Assembly (NCBI GenBank): GCA_031385045.1 | Contig: JANNBC010000025.1 | Coordinates: 1 to 64,000 of the forward strand | DNA: 64,000 nt | Direction: 5' to 3' | DNA from: a bacterium | GTDB taxonomy: Bacteria; Bdellovibrionota_C; UBA2361; CALJRW01 | Part shown: in pieces, positions 1 to 9,986 of the stretch | Layout: every line of letters starts with the position of its first letter | Position numbering within the stretch: position 1 is the first letter of the stretch | Position numbers and translations under genes: made by a program | The notes under the pieces: model-generated | What the model saw: the letters and a program-made list of their open reading frames with translations, nothing else | Told to the model about the DNA's origin: nothing | The model's database searches: none

Positions 1-163
1 GTAAACCCAAGAATGAATTTCCGAAAAACTTTTTCGGAAATTCATGTTGGTTTTACTATATTTGTTGTTTTTAGGCATTCAAACCTGGCTTTAGCCAGGT
101 TTGAAAAGCCCGAGTCCAAAAAATAATTTCCTTAACGGAAATTCTTTTTTGGACTCTCTATAG
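1..163. repeat. Array of three hairpins; probable MITE/palindromic element, may be truncated by window start
   Basis: Inverted repeats at 1-56, 78-105 (ttcaaacctggct-tt-agccaggtttgaa) and 112-156 (gagtccaaaaaa...ttttttggactc), followed by ctatag. The last unit resembles the right end of the element at 13021-13221. Confidence 0.7.
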
Positions 164-183
164 TTTTCAATCTAGATTGATTA

Positions 184-1278
184 CTAATTAGTAGTATCAA
201 CAAACTGGCCATTCTTAACTTCTCTCATAAAGAAATCTTTTTTACTGGCACCATTTTGACTAATGGAGAATGTGCCACTAACGCCTGGAAAATCTTTTGT
301 TAGATAGATCTCCTTCATTGTACATTTTGGTTCTGACTTACATTTGGTTAGTGCCTTGGCAAGGATAGTTGTCGCATCGTAAGAGTTTGAGCCAAAGGTA
401 CCAGGTTCCATTTTAAATTTTTCTACGTACTGCTCTCGGAATTTGATTTGTTTTTCTGTTCCAAAAACAGCAGTGGTAACTAAATATTTAAGACCTTCTG
501 CTGAGGAACCAGCAGAAGCTATTACAGAACTATCCTCACTTTCATAAACTGAGAAAAAAGGAATCTTGGTTCCTAAGCTTCGAGCTTGTTTCATAGCATA
601 CCCCAGGAATCGACCAAAGCAACCAAAGTATATCGCCTCAGGTTTTTTTGAAAGTGCTTTGGTGATTTGTATTTTAAAATCAGTATCAGTTAATGCTAAG
701 CTTTCTTCTGATGAAATTTCACCACCTAATCCTAAGAACTTAGCTTTGAAAAAATTTCGATATGCGTCACCAAAATTATTCTCAACATAAATTATCGCTG
801 ATTTTTTTATTTTATAATCTTTAAACATCCTAATTGCCATTTCTTCGGCTTCGTCTTTGATGGCAATGTTTGTTGTGACAATATAGTCACTAGCATTTAA
901 AATCAGCGGATCGGCTGCCGCGGTATGAAAGGTTGGCACCTGATTTGCATCCAAGACCGGGCTCATGCTCGCCATTGCAACATTTGAAAAATTACCGGCG
1001 ATTCCATTGACCTGATTGATGCTAATTAACTTTTTTAGCCCTGCAATAACTTGATTTCCGGAGAGTGGAATATCTTCAAAGTATAGTTCAATATTAATTC
1101 CTTCAGATTCTAAATCCAATTTCGCCAGCTCAATCCCATTTTTTATTAAATTACCATAGGTGGCTAAGTCTCCAGTAAGTGGAAGCGCGGCTCCAAGTTT
1201 GATTTTTGTTTCTTCCGCAAAAGTTAAAGTAGAAAATATAAAGCAAGCAAGCATGAAGATTACAGGATATTTAATCAT
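184..1278 (-). CDS. ABC transporter substrate-binding protein, branched-chain amino acid (LivJ-like, type I periplasmic binding fold)
   Basis: Signal peptide; IKLGAALPLTGDLATYG...GIELA; YDATTILAKAL; FPGVSGTFSI. Confidence 0.85.
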   Translation of the reverse strand: MIKYPVIFMLACFIFSTLTFAEETKIKLGAALPLTGDLATYGNLIKNGIELAKLDLESEGINIELYFEDIPLSGNQVIAGLKKLISINQVNGIAGNFSNVAMASMSPVLDANQVPTFHTAAADPLILNASDYIVTTNIAIKDEAEEMAIRMFKDYKIKKSAIIYVENNFGDAYRNFFKAKFLGLGGEISSEESLALTDTDFKIQITKALSKKPEAIYFGCFGRFLGYAMKQARSLGTKIPFFSVYESEDSSVIASAGSSAEGLKYLVTTAVFGTEKQIKFREQYVEKFKMEPGTFGSNSYDATTILAKALTKCKSEPKCTMKEIYLTKDFPGVSGTFSISQNGASKKDFFMREVKNGQFVDTTN

Positions 1279-1456
1279 AGTTCTTTGGGTAAATAGAGTT
1301 GGAAGTTAATTGTAGCTTAGGGGAGCTTATTTGCATAGAAAAAATGCGTAGTTACTAGTGACTATGAATTTCATGGGATATTACTTAGAAATGTAGTACG
1401 AATATTCTAGAGTAGCATTAGCCTTCTGCTTTCATCGCCATTATTAATCCGATATC

Positions 1457-1717
1457 TTACGAAGATGCCGGGACTGGCGGAAGCCGTCCCATTTGCTCAC
1501 TTGACGTAGCTTCTAATGCCGTTAATACAAAACGACGATGTTCTTCAATTGTTTTCATTAAAAAATAGACTACTCCAGATTTTTTTAGAGCTGCTAGCTC
1601 TTCTTCAGGTAATGGGAATGAAGCTACAAATATACCTGAGTTGTGTATGTTAACACTCTATAGATTCAAATTATGGTTTGGCTTGCGATTGTTATCTGCC
1701 TTATTTATTTTGTTCAC
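1457..1717 (-). pseudogene. Possible small ORF (87 codons) interrupted by one in-frame TAG
   Basis: GTG at 1717, TAG at 1658-1660, TAA at 1457-1459; no recognised homology. Confidence 0.25.
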
Positions 1718-1833
1718 TCCGAAAATTTTCGTAATTTTTGTTTTGTTATTTTTGGCTTTGTTCTTATTTTAGGGATATTTGGGGGTGGTTAGGGGAGGAT
1801 AATTTATTCTCGATTTGAGTAACAAAAAGTCTT

Positions 1834-1868
1834 CCCCCCCCCCCCCATAATCTGTTACAATATATAAT
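1834..1868 (+). promoter_or_regulatory. Poly-C13 tract and extended -10 candidate upstream of pilin gene
   Basis: C13 at 1834-1846; TG-t-TACAAT at 1853-1861; TATAAT at 1863-1868. Confidence 0.5.
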
Positions 1869-1916
1869 AATAACAGGTTCTTCATCAGCAAATTCAATCA
1901 AGGTAAAGGTTAATTA

Positions 1917-2492
1917 ATGAATTGTTTTAAAAAAGGATTTACTCTAGTCGAATTACTTGTAACGATAGCAGTTATAGGAATTTTGAGTGCTATGTCAGTT
2001 CAGGCATATCGTGAATATACAGGAAGATTAAATAACACAATAGCTCTTGCGGATGCTCGATCTCTATGGACAGCAGGGGAAGCCTTTTATTCATTAAACC
2101 CCCAAATTACAGTGTTTAGTAATTGTTATTTTCATCCTAATGATGAGGGAGCCGCAAGATTTACTGCTGGCGTAGCAAATTGCGATTCAAATTCACCTAA
2201 CTCATGGGTGCCGGGATACAAAAAAAATAAAAGGGTAAATTCTCTTATAAATTTCACTAGTACCACAGATGTGCAATTAGGCTTTAGCAGATTCAGTGTT
2301 TGGTCTCTCCATTGTGATGGAAAGCTGATGTCAGAGACTACATCTCATCCTATATTTGGAAACCAGACCAGAACTGGACATATCCAATATATTATAACGG
2401 AAAGCTTTAGATCTTCTAATGGAAGTTTCGGCGAGGGTGGAATAACTGAATTTATGAATGATCAAGCACAATTTGGTATTTGCACAGAATAG
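1917..2492 (+). CDS. Type IV pilin-like protein (prepilin N-terminal cleavage/methylation motif)
   Basis: KKG|FTLVELLVTIAVIGILSAMSV class III signal peptide; Cys-containing head domain. Confidence 0.9.
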   Translation: MNCFKKGFTLVELLVTIAVIGILSAMSVQAYREYTGRLNNTIALADARSLWTAGEAFYSLNPQITVFSNCYFHPNDEGAARFTAGVANCDSNSPNSWVPGYKKNKRVNSLINFTSTTDVQLGFSRFSVWSLHCDGKLMSETTSHPIFGNQTRTGHIQYIITESFRSSNGSFGEGGITEFMNDQAQFGICTE

Positions 2493-2824
2493 AATAGCGA
2501 GAGAGGAATTTTGATTAATTTGGCGGTAAGTTCCTTTGCTAAAACAGTGAACCTATATACATAGTGTTGTATGACTTTCTCTGTGATAAAGTCTTTTCTA
2601 GTACTTTTCATTTCTTTTGTATTTTTAGATTGAAATCATGAGATCGTACCTTTGCCCCTAATCCAACACTAGATATGCCTCATTCGCTGATTAAGAAGCA
2701 AGAAAGTAAAAAATAGTTTTAATCGGGATAGTCGTTACGAACTCTAACAAAATTCTAACAAAACTGATTTTTGGGACAATTACGCACGTGTGGAAAGGAG
2801 GGGTAACTAGTTGAAATAACTAAT

Positions 2825-2897
<73 letters not shown>

Positions 2898-3082
2898 AAA
2901 GGTAATTAGAATGTGAATAAATACTGATTCAAATTCCAATTACCTTGGGAATCTAAGAAGTTATGTCCTAGCCAATAAGATTATTTTCAACCTCAGACAC
3001 TAACAACTTAGGAAGGGAATTTATAGGATAAATTGAGTTATAGGTCAACCTTGGTAAATGGAACTTATTAAGATAAGTCTAA

Positions 3083-3115
3083 AACCCATTTGGTATTCGT
3101 AGGTCCAAATGGGTT
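3083..3115 (-). terminator. Hairpin downstream of 3130-3708, probable intrinsic terminator
   Basis: aacccatttgg...ccaaatgggtt followed by a short T run on the minus strand. Confidence 0.5.
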
Positions 3116-3129
3116 AGTTATTGGTTAAG

Positions 3130-3708
3130 TTAGGCCTCTTCTGACTGTGTGGCTTTTACTTCTGGTGCCATTACACTATGAGATGTTAAGCGCTGTAACG
3201 CTTCGCTTTGGCGACGTCCTACCTCTTGTGAGACCGTAGATAAAAAGTTCATGAGAATCGTAAATACAACCCAACTAAGTGCAACTGTTGTTACCAAGAC
3301 TGTTGGAATGAAAATTTTAAAATCATTGGTAATTGCTAAATTAATTACACCATTTTCTGAAAGATTCATTAACTCATTATCAATATTGAATGCCGCGTAG
3401 GCGGTGATTACAGTTAGGCAAACTACTTGTAAGTCCTTAGGTATTAACGTTGTTCCTTTTTTTAATTGTGTCTTAGTTAAGCCATATAAGAAACTTTTAA
3501 GTGTCATATAGACAAAAAGTGAAGTAAGGACAGAGGTTATAGCTGCAGTTGGGAAGATAAAAGTATAGTCTCCATATTTAAAGGTAAAAGCCCCTAGGAT
3601 TGTATTTTCAATGCCATGCTTGGTAATGAAAAAAGTCATAAAAGCAATAATTGTGGAGACACAAGCGATAATTAATTTATTGTTAAGCATTTGTTTTTTC
3701 TTAGTCAT
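3130..3708 (-). CDS. Hypothetical membrane protein with internal duplication
   Basis: About four hydrophobic segments; two similar units (EN..GDYTFIFPT and EN..NDFKIFIPT). Confidence 0.65.
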   Translation of the reverse strand: MTKKKQMLNNKLIIACVSTIIAFMTFFITKHGIENTILGAFTFKYGDYTFIFPTAAITSVLTSLFVYMTLKSFLYGLTKTQLKKGTTLIPKDLQVVCLTVITAYAAFNIDNELMNLSENGVINLAITNDFKIFIPTVLVTTVALSWVVFTILMNFLSTVSQEVGRRQSEALQRLTSHSVMAPEVKATQSEEA

Positions 3709-3901
3709 AATTCGAACTATAAAATAATTTTAGGTCTTTAGGCTATCGGTATTTTAATTAAATTAGTTTAATGTTAGATTTTACGATAGAGAGAAAACTT
3801 ATTTTTGAATTAAATCAGATAATTAGATGGTAAAATAGGTTCTTTAAAGGAAGATACTTGCCGTATTTTTAACTAAATTATTTGCTAAAACAGCCTTAAA
3901 T

Positions 3902-4813
3902 TTGATGAGAAAGTTTCTAAAAGTACTTATTAGCCTAGCAATTATTTTCTTTATCTTGAGGTTTGTTGAGACTGGAGAGGTCACAAAGACGCTAAAGCTA
4001 CTTTCTTTTCCTGAGCTAGGTCTGCTGATTGTTCTTTATCTTTTGGGTCAGGTTGTCAGTGCTTATAAATGGCATTTAATTAACCAAGAATTAAATTTTC
4101 AGTCTAGTTTTATCCAGACAGTCAAGGCATATTTTACGGGCATGTTTGTTAATTCCTATGGGCTGGGGATTGTAGGAGGAGATTTGACAAGAGCCTTGCT
4201 AGTCGCTGGAGAAGCACAAAAAATTAAGTCCTTAGCTGGGGTCTTTATCGATCGGGTACACGGCATGCTGATTTTAGGTTTGATTGGTTGTTTCTCTTAT
4301 TTGCTATGGAGCAATCATTTTAGCTCCACAATTCAGTATGCGATCCTACCATTACTAGTTTCATTTCCCTGCATTTCTTTGGTCTGGTTTTTCTTTCCAA
4401 AGCTTATTTCGCTAATCATCCCAAGTAAGATAAAGCAAAGCAATAAATTTAAGCAGATCATTAATTACTATGATGGAAGAGGGAAGCATCTTCTTCATAC
4501 GAGCTTGCTCTCTGGACTGATGCACATGGGTCAGTTTTTTTTATTATATTTGATAGCATTATTTCTTGGTGCCACGATTCCATTCCATACTTTGTTAGTG
4601 GTGATTCCGTTTGTAAATATAATTACTAGCTTACCATTTAGTTGGAATGGTCTGGGGGTTCGGGAAGCTTCTTATATCTTTTTTCTTAATGATTATATTA
4701 GTAATGAGCAAGCAGTGGGGATCGGACTTGTTTGGTTAGTCACTGTAACAATTAATAGTTTGATCGGTGGGATTGTAAGCTTATTTAATAAGTCAAAATT
4801 AGTTGATTCTTAA
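3902..4813 (+). CDS. Lysylphosphatidylglycerol synthase TM / flippase-like (UPF0104) membrane protein
   Basis: YFTGMFVNSY...GGDLTRA; LPFSWNGLGVRE. Confidence 0.85.
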   Translation: MMRKFLKVLISLAIIFFILRFVETGEVTKTLKLLSFPELGLLIVLYLLGQVVSAYKWHLINQELNFQSSFIQTVKAYFTGMFVNSYGLGIVGGDLTRALLVAGEAQKIKSLAGVFIDRVHGMLILGLIGCFSYLLWSNHFSSTIQYAILPLLVSFPCISLVWFFFPKLISLIIPSKIKQSNKFKQIINYYDGRGKHLLHTSLLSGLMHMGQFFLLYLIALFLGATIPFHTLLVVIPFVNIITSLPFSWNGLGVREASYIFFLNDYISNEQAVGIGLVWLVTVTINSLIGGIVSLFNKSKLVDS

Positions 4814-4846
4814 TAGCGCCATTAATGCGCATTAAGAGATGTGCAA

Positions 4847-5956
4847 CTAGTTATTAAATCGAAAGTGCACGATATCCCCATCTTGTACCAAGTACTCTTT
4901 GCCTTCCACCCGTAGCTTTCCATTCTCTTTAACTTTTAATTCTGAACCAGCAAAGACATAGTCTTCATAGGAGATCACTTCAGCCCGAATAAATCCTTTT
5001 TCAAAGTCCGAGTGAATTTTTCCGGCAGCCTGAGGAGCTGTAGAATTTTTTGTTGTTGTCCAAGCATGGGCTTCTTTAGGCCCAATTGTGAAGAAGGTAA
5101 TTAGACTTAAAAGGTGATAGCCAGCGATTGTTAAGCGATCTAGTCCCGAGCTATCTAGTCCTAGTGCTTCTAAGTAATCAGCACGTTCTTCTAGCGGTAA
5201 TTCTGATATTTCAGATTCAACTTTTCCAGAAATAACCACGACTTCGGCGTTACGCTCGGCGGCATATTTGGCAAGACGATCCAAGTGAGTAGATCCATTT
5301 AGATCTGGCTTTGTTGTCGCTTCGCTTTCTGGAACATTTGCCACATACATCACTGGTTTGTTGGTTAAGAGGTTGGAGACTTCTGACAAGAGATCTGGCT
5401 CATTAATATCTGGAAAAGTTTTAGCAAGTGAACCTTGATTTAAGTGTTGAATTAATTCTTTGATTTTTTCTGCTTTATTTTTAGCATCTTTATCACCACC
5501 ACGGGCATTTTTCTCAACTCGAATAACTAATTTTTCTAGGGCTTCTAAGTCAGATAGAATTAACTCTGTTTCAATTGTGCTGATATCTCGTAGTGGATCA
5601 ACTGTGCCGTCTACATGCACGATATTTGGATCGTCAAAGCAACGGACAACTTGCATAATGGCATCAACCGAGCGGATATGACCTAGGAATTGATTTCCTA
5701 AACCTTCACCTTTAGCCGCACCTTTAATTAATCCAGCAATATCGACAAAAGTCATTTGTGTTGGAATCAGCTTAGCCGAACCAGCTAACTCCGCTAGTTT
5801 TAATAAGCGGGCATCAGGCACAGGAACCTTTCCAGTATTTGGTTCAATTGTGCAAAAAGGAAAATTCTCGGAAGCTGCTTTAGCCGAAGTTAGAGCATTG
5901 AAAATAGTAGATTTACCAACGTTAGGAAGACCAACAATACCACAAGAAAAGCCCAT
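4847..5956 (-). CDS. ychF: Redox-regulated ATPase YchF
   Basis: [37 protein letters not shown]-terminal [10 protein letters not shown]. Confidence 0.98.
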   Translation of the reverse strand: MGFSCGIVGLPNVGKSTIFNALTSAKAASENFPFCTIEPNTGKVPVPDARLLKLAELAGSAKLIPTQMTFVDIAGLIKGAAKGEGLGNQFLGHIRSVDAIMQVVRCFDDPNIVHVDGTVDPLRDISTIETELILSDLEALEKLVIRVEKNARGGDKDAKNKAEKIKELIQHLNQGSLAKTFPDINEPDLLSEVSNLLTNKPVMYVANVPESEATTKPDLNGSTHLDRLAKYAAERNAEVVVISGKVESEISELPLEERADYLEALGLDSSGLDRLTIAGYHLLSLITFFTIGPKEAHAWTTTKNSTAPQAAGKIHSDFEKGFIRAEVISYEDYVFAGSELKVKENGKLRVEGKEYLVQDGDIVHFRFNN

Positions 5957-6135
5957 ATCTTTAGAATTAATAGAAAAATCAGTTTGTTAATAGCTTTTTT
6001 AGGACTAAATATCAATTTTGGGAATGTAGCGACGTTGCCAGAAACTTAGAGCATCTTAATAGTTTAGATCAATCATTTATGTTGATACTCTAATCCGGAG
6101 CAGGTAGTCTGACTAAGCTTATTTTAGGGAGTTTT

Positions 6136-6906
6136 ATGAAGTTTTTTAGAGTATTTTTGCTACTTACTATCTTGTTATCTTTTGTGAGTAGTAAAGTATT
6201 TGCTGATGGTATTCCACTACGTAGTAGTTACGAATGTCGTAGCGGTCAAATTTATCTGTTTGATAAATTAATTAAATATCCAAAAAGAAAAGTAAACTTT
6301 CTAAATTCAATTGCAACAGCACAAGCAACTTTAGCAGTAGAGCAAGCACGTAACCTACGTAAGCCAGCAAGAATTAAATACGTAAAAGCCCTGATTAAAG
6401 AATTAAAATTAACATTAGCTAGTTTAACAGATTGCAATAAAGGGAATCTTTCTAAATTAGTCTTTACCCAATTAACTGGAAATTATTCCGGTGGATATAA
6501 TGCCGAGGCTTACGATCTAATTCCATTTCCATCAATTGGTGGAACAATGACTATGGCGATCGGTCAAGTCGCTACAAATTCTACTGTTGATATTGTGTTC
6601 GATGAAACTTTTGCAGAAGCTGTTGGATCAAATTCGTACAATTTCTCATTCCCAACAGGTGGGTTAAGCTTTCCAGGTGAAATTGTCTTTAGCCATCCAA
6701 ATCATGGCGAAGTACGAGTTAAGATGATTGATCCGTACAATCTACAGTTCCGCATTAATGATATCAATGGAACGCCATTTAGCTTAGAGTTTTATATTAC
6801 TTTTGATGCTAATTACAATGCAATTAATGGCAATATTTATGCTTATTTAGACTCACTAATTTTTGCTCAAGGAAATATACTTCTATCTAGAAATCCTGCC
6901 TACTAA
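6136..6906 (+). CDS. Secreted hypothetical protein
   Basis: Signal peptide ending VFA; basic helical segment bracketed by two Cys; beta-rich C-terminal half. Confidence 0.75.
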   Translation: MKFFRVFLLLTILLSFVSSKVFADGIPLRSSYECRSGQIYLFDKLIKYPKRKVNFLNSIATAQATLAVEQARNLRKPARIKYVKALIKELKLTLASLTDCNKGNLSKLVFTQLTGNYSGGYNAEAYDLIPFPSIGGTMTMAIGQVATNSTVDIVFDETFAEAVGSNSYNFSFPTGGLSFPGEIVFSHPNHGEVRVKMIDPYNLQFRINDINGTPFSLEFYITFDANYNAINGNIYAYLDSLIFAQGNILLSRNPAY

Positions 6907-6954
6907 TTGGCAATTTATTTAAGTTTGGGAAAGATTCTGCTCTTGCCAGTTTTT

Positions 6955-7497
6955 TTATTCTGATTCTCCTTTAGAGTCTTCTGTATCGGGCTTCGGTAAG
7001 TTTTCCTTACTAAGATTGATTTTTGTTAAGTCTTTGATTGTTTTTAGATATTTAATTATTGGTTGAATTAGTTTGCTGATGTGACCTTCGAAATTAAGGT
7101 TGCTAGTCGGCATTTTCTCAAACTTAAGAACCGAGCGGTGAAGAGCTTTAAATAAAGTTTCTGTCTTAGCATCTAAAATTCCACCTTCAGTTAGCTTGGC
7201 AAAGAAATCAAATCTGGCAAACTCTTTAAATAATTGACGTAGAGATTGATGGTATAATTTTTTAAGTTTTTCTTGCTCATTTGTTTGAAAGGCATTCTTA
7301 TAATTTTTACGATGATCTAATTCTAGAAAGATTGATTTTATCTGAAGAAAATAAAGAATTGCGTCGTGCAGTAAGTGATCCCGTTCTTTAAAGTTAGGAG
7401 TGGGTGGGTAATTCTGCTCCCTAAATCTATCTGGTTCGTTATCTAACATGAGGCTTATTGCAAAACTTAGAGTTTTACAGCGCTTAATCTTAATCAA
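6955..7497 (-). CDS. Hypothetical helical protein (likely start ATG near 7449)
   Basis: Long ORF filling the gap between genes; no confident motif. Confidence 0.6.
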   Translation of the reverse strand: MIKIKRCKTLSFAISLMLDNEPDRFREQNYPPTPNFKERDHLLHDAILYFLQIKSIFLELDHRKNYKNAFQTNEQEKLKKLYHQSLRQLFKEFARFDFFAKLTEGGILDAKTETLFKALHRSVLKFEKMPTSNLNFEGHISKLIQPIIKYLKTIKDLTKINLSKENLPKPDTEDSKGESE

Positions 7498-7546
7498 TTT
7501 ATAAAATTGAAGTAAGCAATTCTTAGATTATAGAAGTATTTAATCT

Positions 7547-8068
7547 TTATTCAAGACGTTTAATTGACATCAATACTTCACCAACATTTAGTCCAAACTT
7601 TGTTACTTGAGCGCGATTAAGAATAATTCCTGTTGGTTGAAGGTACATCCAGTCATCAAATGCTAGTGTCCAATCAGATTTGCCAATTTTCTGCTTTAAA
7701 CGATATTTCCACTGTAGAGCATTTCCGTATGATTTTATTTCAGCTAATCCAACAACTCCATTAGCCTCCGCTTGATATAAATTGTCGGAGTATTTTTTAA
7801 TAACGTAAGTTCTTTTAACAACTTCTCCATCATCGTAGGTTAGTACTTCCTTTAAGTTGAGGATATCACCTGTGACTGAACCTTCTATTTCAACAACAAA
7901 ACTTCTTCTTAGGTTAGAAAAACGATCAAAGAAAACGCCAGTTCCTTGAACTTTACCTTGAAAATATTTCTCTAGGGTTAGTTTAGGTGTTTTATTTTTA
8001 AAACTTTCAATTTTTTGTGCGGAGCAGGATGTGAAGACAATTAGTAATATGAAGAATAGGTATTTCAT
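7547..8068 (-). CDS. DUF3833 family lipoprotein
   Basis: Lipobox FTSC; LEKYFQG; FDDWMYLQ; LNRAQVTKFGLNVGEV. Confidence 0.85.
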   Translation of the reverse strand: MKYLFFILLIVFTSCSAQKIESFKNKTPKLTLEKYFQGKVQGTGVFFDRFSNLRRSFVVEIEGSVTGDILNLKEVLTYDDGEVVKRTYVIKKYSDNLYQAEANGVVGLAEIKSYGNALQWKYRLKQKIGKSDWTLAFDDWMYLQPTGIILNRAQVTKFGLNVGEVLMSIKRLE

Positions 8069-8143
8069 AAATGATTAGACTATTATGATTGTTTGGCATT
8101 ACAAAAAGTTTGCATAAAGGCTTTTGTTGAGCCTATTGAGATA

Positions 8144-8338
8144 TCAAGTCACAGTTCCGCCACTCTTAACTAAGGTTGAGATTTGCTCGGTTTTTAGTTT
8201 CTAACTATTAGATTTGTTTTGGGTGGGGAGCCGAACACTGCTTCGCACTGTTCGGCGGTGACTTGCCGTGTTATTGGTTCAAGTCACAGCTCCGCCACTC
8301 TTAACTAAAGTTAAGAGTGGCTCCACTGTGACTTGAAC
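8144..8338. repeat. tRNA-derived inverted/direct repeat complex
   Basis: tcaagtcacag(t/c)tccgccactcttaactaa at 8144 and 8279; the second copy pairs with the tRNA 3' end; internal hairpin gccgaaca-ctgcttcgcac-tgttcggc. Confidence 0.85.
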
Positions 8339-8391
8339 ACAGGACCAACCGGTTATGAGCCGGCTGCTCTAACCAACTGAGCTATGGAGCC
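8318..8391 (-). tRNA. tRNA with CAU anticodon, most likely tRNA-Ile2 (lysidine); CCA not encoded
   Basis: Reverse complement ggctccatagctcagttggttagagcagccggctCATaaccggttggtcctgtgttcaagtcacagtggagcca; Ile2-like anticodon arm; lacks fMet GGG/CCC stem and 1:72 mismatch. Confidence 0.92.
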
Positions 8392-8431
8392 ATATGAAAC
8401 AACTCGCTAGAGTTGTTTCATATGGCGAACA

Positions 8432-8490
8432 CCACGCCACAGCTTTCTTGTCCTCTGAATCTTCAGCGAAGTAGGATGCGACGGCGGGTG
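8432..8490 (+). repeat. Degenerate nested doublet of REP-like palindrome
   Basis: cacgccacagc-tttcttg-[tcctctgaatcttcagcgaagtagga]-tgcgacggcgggtg; same layout as 10391-10446. Confidence 0.75.
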
Positions 8491-8577
8491 GAGGCATCAA
8501 GTAGTTATATGATACTTGAATTTTATTGTAAATTATTGCTCTTTAGTAATTTTGTAAAATATTTAATAGTTTAGTTA

Positions 8578-9111
8578 ATGTTTCCATTAATTATTAACCC
8601 AATACTTGCCTTAAAAGTCCTTGATAATCGCCATACTCAGGCGCTTTATATCTTAACAAATCAAAACCGAACCTATCTTAAAAATTGGTTACCTTGGCTT
8701 GATGCCGTGACAATTGAGCAGCATACTAAAGATTTTATTCAACAGACATTAATTGGCTATGTGGATACAGGGTGTTTTGTTTGTGGGATTTGGTTTGAGG
8801 GGAAGATTTGTGGTGTAATTGGTTATAATAGTATCGATTGGCAAAATAAAATCGCTTATTTAGGTTATTGGCTAGGAGAAGATTTTCAAGGTAAAGGGAT
8901 TATGACGGAAAGTTGTCAGGCACTTATCCAGCATGCCTTTGACGAGTATCAATTAACTCAGATTAAAATTAATTGTGCTGAGATGAATCTTAAAAGCCAG
9001 GCAATACCTAGAAGGTTAGGCTTTGCGGAAGGGGAGTTGGTGCCCAATGCTGAGTGGTTATATGATCATTATGTTGACCATCGAGTTTTCACTTTAACTA
9101 CCGATATCTGA
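8578..9111 (+). CDS. GNAT N-acetyltransferase, RimJ/RimL family
   Basis: LKNWLPWL; LGYWLGEDFQGKGIMT; SQAIPRRLGF..EG. Confidence 0.92.
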   Translation: MFPLIINPILALKVLDNRHTQALYILTNQNRTYLKNWLPWLDAVTIEQHTKDFIQQTLIGYVDTGCFVCGIWFEGKICGVIGYNSIDWQNKIAYLGYWLGEDFQGKGIMTESCQALIQHAFDEYQLTQIKINCAEMNLKSQAIPRRLGFAEGELVPNAEWLYDHYVDHRVFTLTTDI

Positions 9112-9193
9112 TAATTAATCCTGAAATACATAATATTTTTTTGTAAATAGGTTCAACTCTTGCAAAATTTTTAGATTGGACTAGACTGCTGGT

Positions 9194-9919
9194 ATGTCAG
9201 AATCAACCAAAGAATTACTGCTTAACTTTCGTGCTTTAAGCAAAATTGATTTACAATTAAATCAAACTCTCGCTGAAAAAAATAAATTAAATGATGAGTT
9301 AACTAAGAAAAACTCCAAAGTTTTATCTGTTCAGCAACAATTATCTCAAGTGAACGATGAGTTAAGTAAAAAACAGCGACTAACTCATACTCAAGAAGTA
9401 TACCTAAAAGAAGAGCAGCAAAAATTAATTGCTCGTCGAAAATCAATTCAAACTTTGAATGATTATAAGTTGCAAGAGAAGGCCAATAAAGAAATTGATC
9501 AAGCAAATAAACAGTTGCATTTGCAAGAAGAGAAACTGTTAGAATCTTTAGATAGTATTGATACCTTGTCTACTAATAAAGTGACACTTGAGGCTCACTT
9601 AGTAGCACTAAATGAGTCCCTTATTATCCTAGAAGCTGAATTAAAAGATGCCTTTGTAAATCTAGATTTGAAACTTAGCGAGTTGCAAGCTGAGCATGCG
9701 GAGCTAAGTCAGGCAATTACTCCTAAGGATATGAATTTTTATAAAAGAATTTCGGCTCGTTATCCCGGTCAGGCAGTAGTTGCTTTGAGTGGTAATTCTT
9801 GTACAGGATGTTATTTCTCGCTTAGCTCGCAAATCTTTGTTCAAGTTTCCCGTGGAACTGAGTTACTAACTTGTCCAAGTTGCGGAAGAATTCTAAGTCC
9901 AGAAGAAAAAGCAGCTTAA
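9194..9919 (+). CDS. Coiled-coil protein with C4-type zinc ribbon (DUF164/CT398-like)
   Basis: Long coiled coil; CTGC...CPSCGRIL. Confidence 0.9.
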   Translation: MSESTKELLLNFRALSKIDLQLNQTLAEKNKLNDELTKKNSKVLSVQQQLSQVNDELSKKQRLTHTQEVYLKEEQQKLIARRKSIQTLNDYKLQEKANKEIDQANKQLHLQEEKLLESLDSIDTLSTNKVTLEAHLVALNESLIILEAELKDAFVNLDLKLSELQAEHAELSQAITPKDMNFYKRISARYPGQAVVALSGNSCTGCYFSLSSQIFVQVSRGTELLTCPSCGRILSPEEKAA

Positions 9920-9951
9920 ATACCAGCTCCTTAATATTTTTCTAGTTCCTT

Positions 9952-9980
9952 TTGCATATTCACTTTTAATTGCCTATAAT
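9952..9980 (+). promoter_or_regulatory. Sigma70 promoter of rnpB
   Basis: TTGCAT (9952-9957), 17-bp spacer, TATAAT (9975-9980), 6 nt before the RNA. Confidence 0.8.
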
Positions 9981-9986
9981 TGCTTT

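Noticed and set aside
2660..2700. Tyrosine-integrase C-terminal remnant (TRYA-like peptide)
   Set aside because: Only a few residues match; no RH or HxxR motif nearby.
6955..7497. HEPN/DUF86 toxin
   Set aside because: No RxxxxH motif or adjacent nucleotidyltransferase; only a vague helical resemblance.
8144..8317. Intron-split tRNA or attR duplication
   Set aside because: The tRNA is complete, and the extra copies are inverted relative to it, unlike a direct att repeat.
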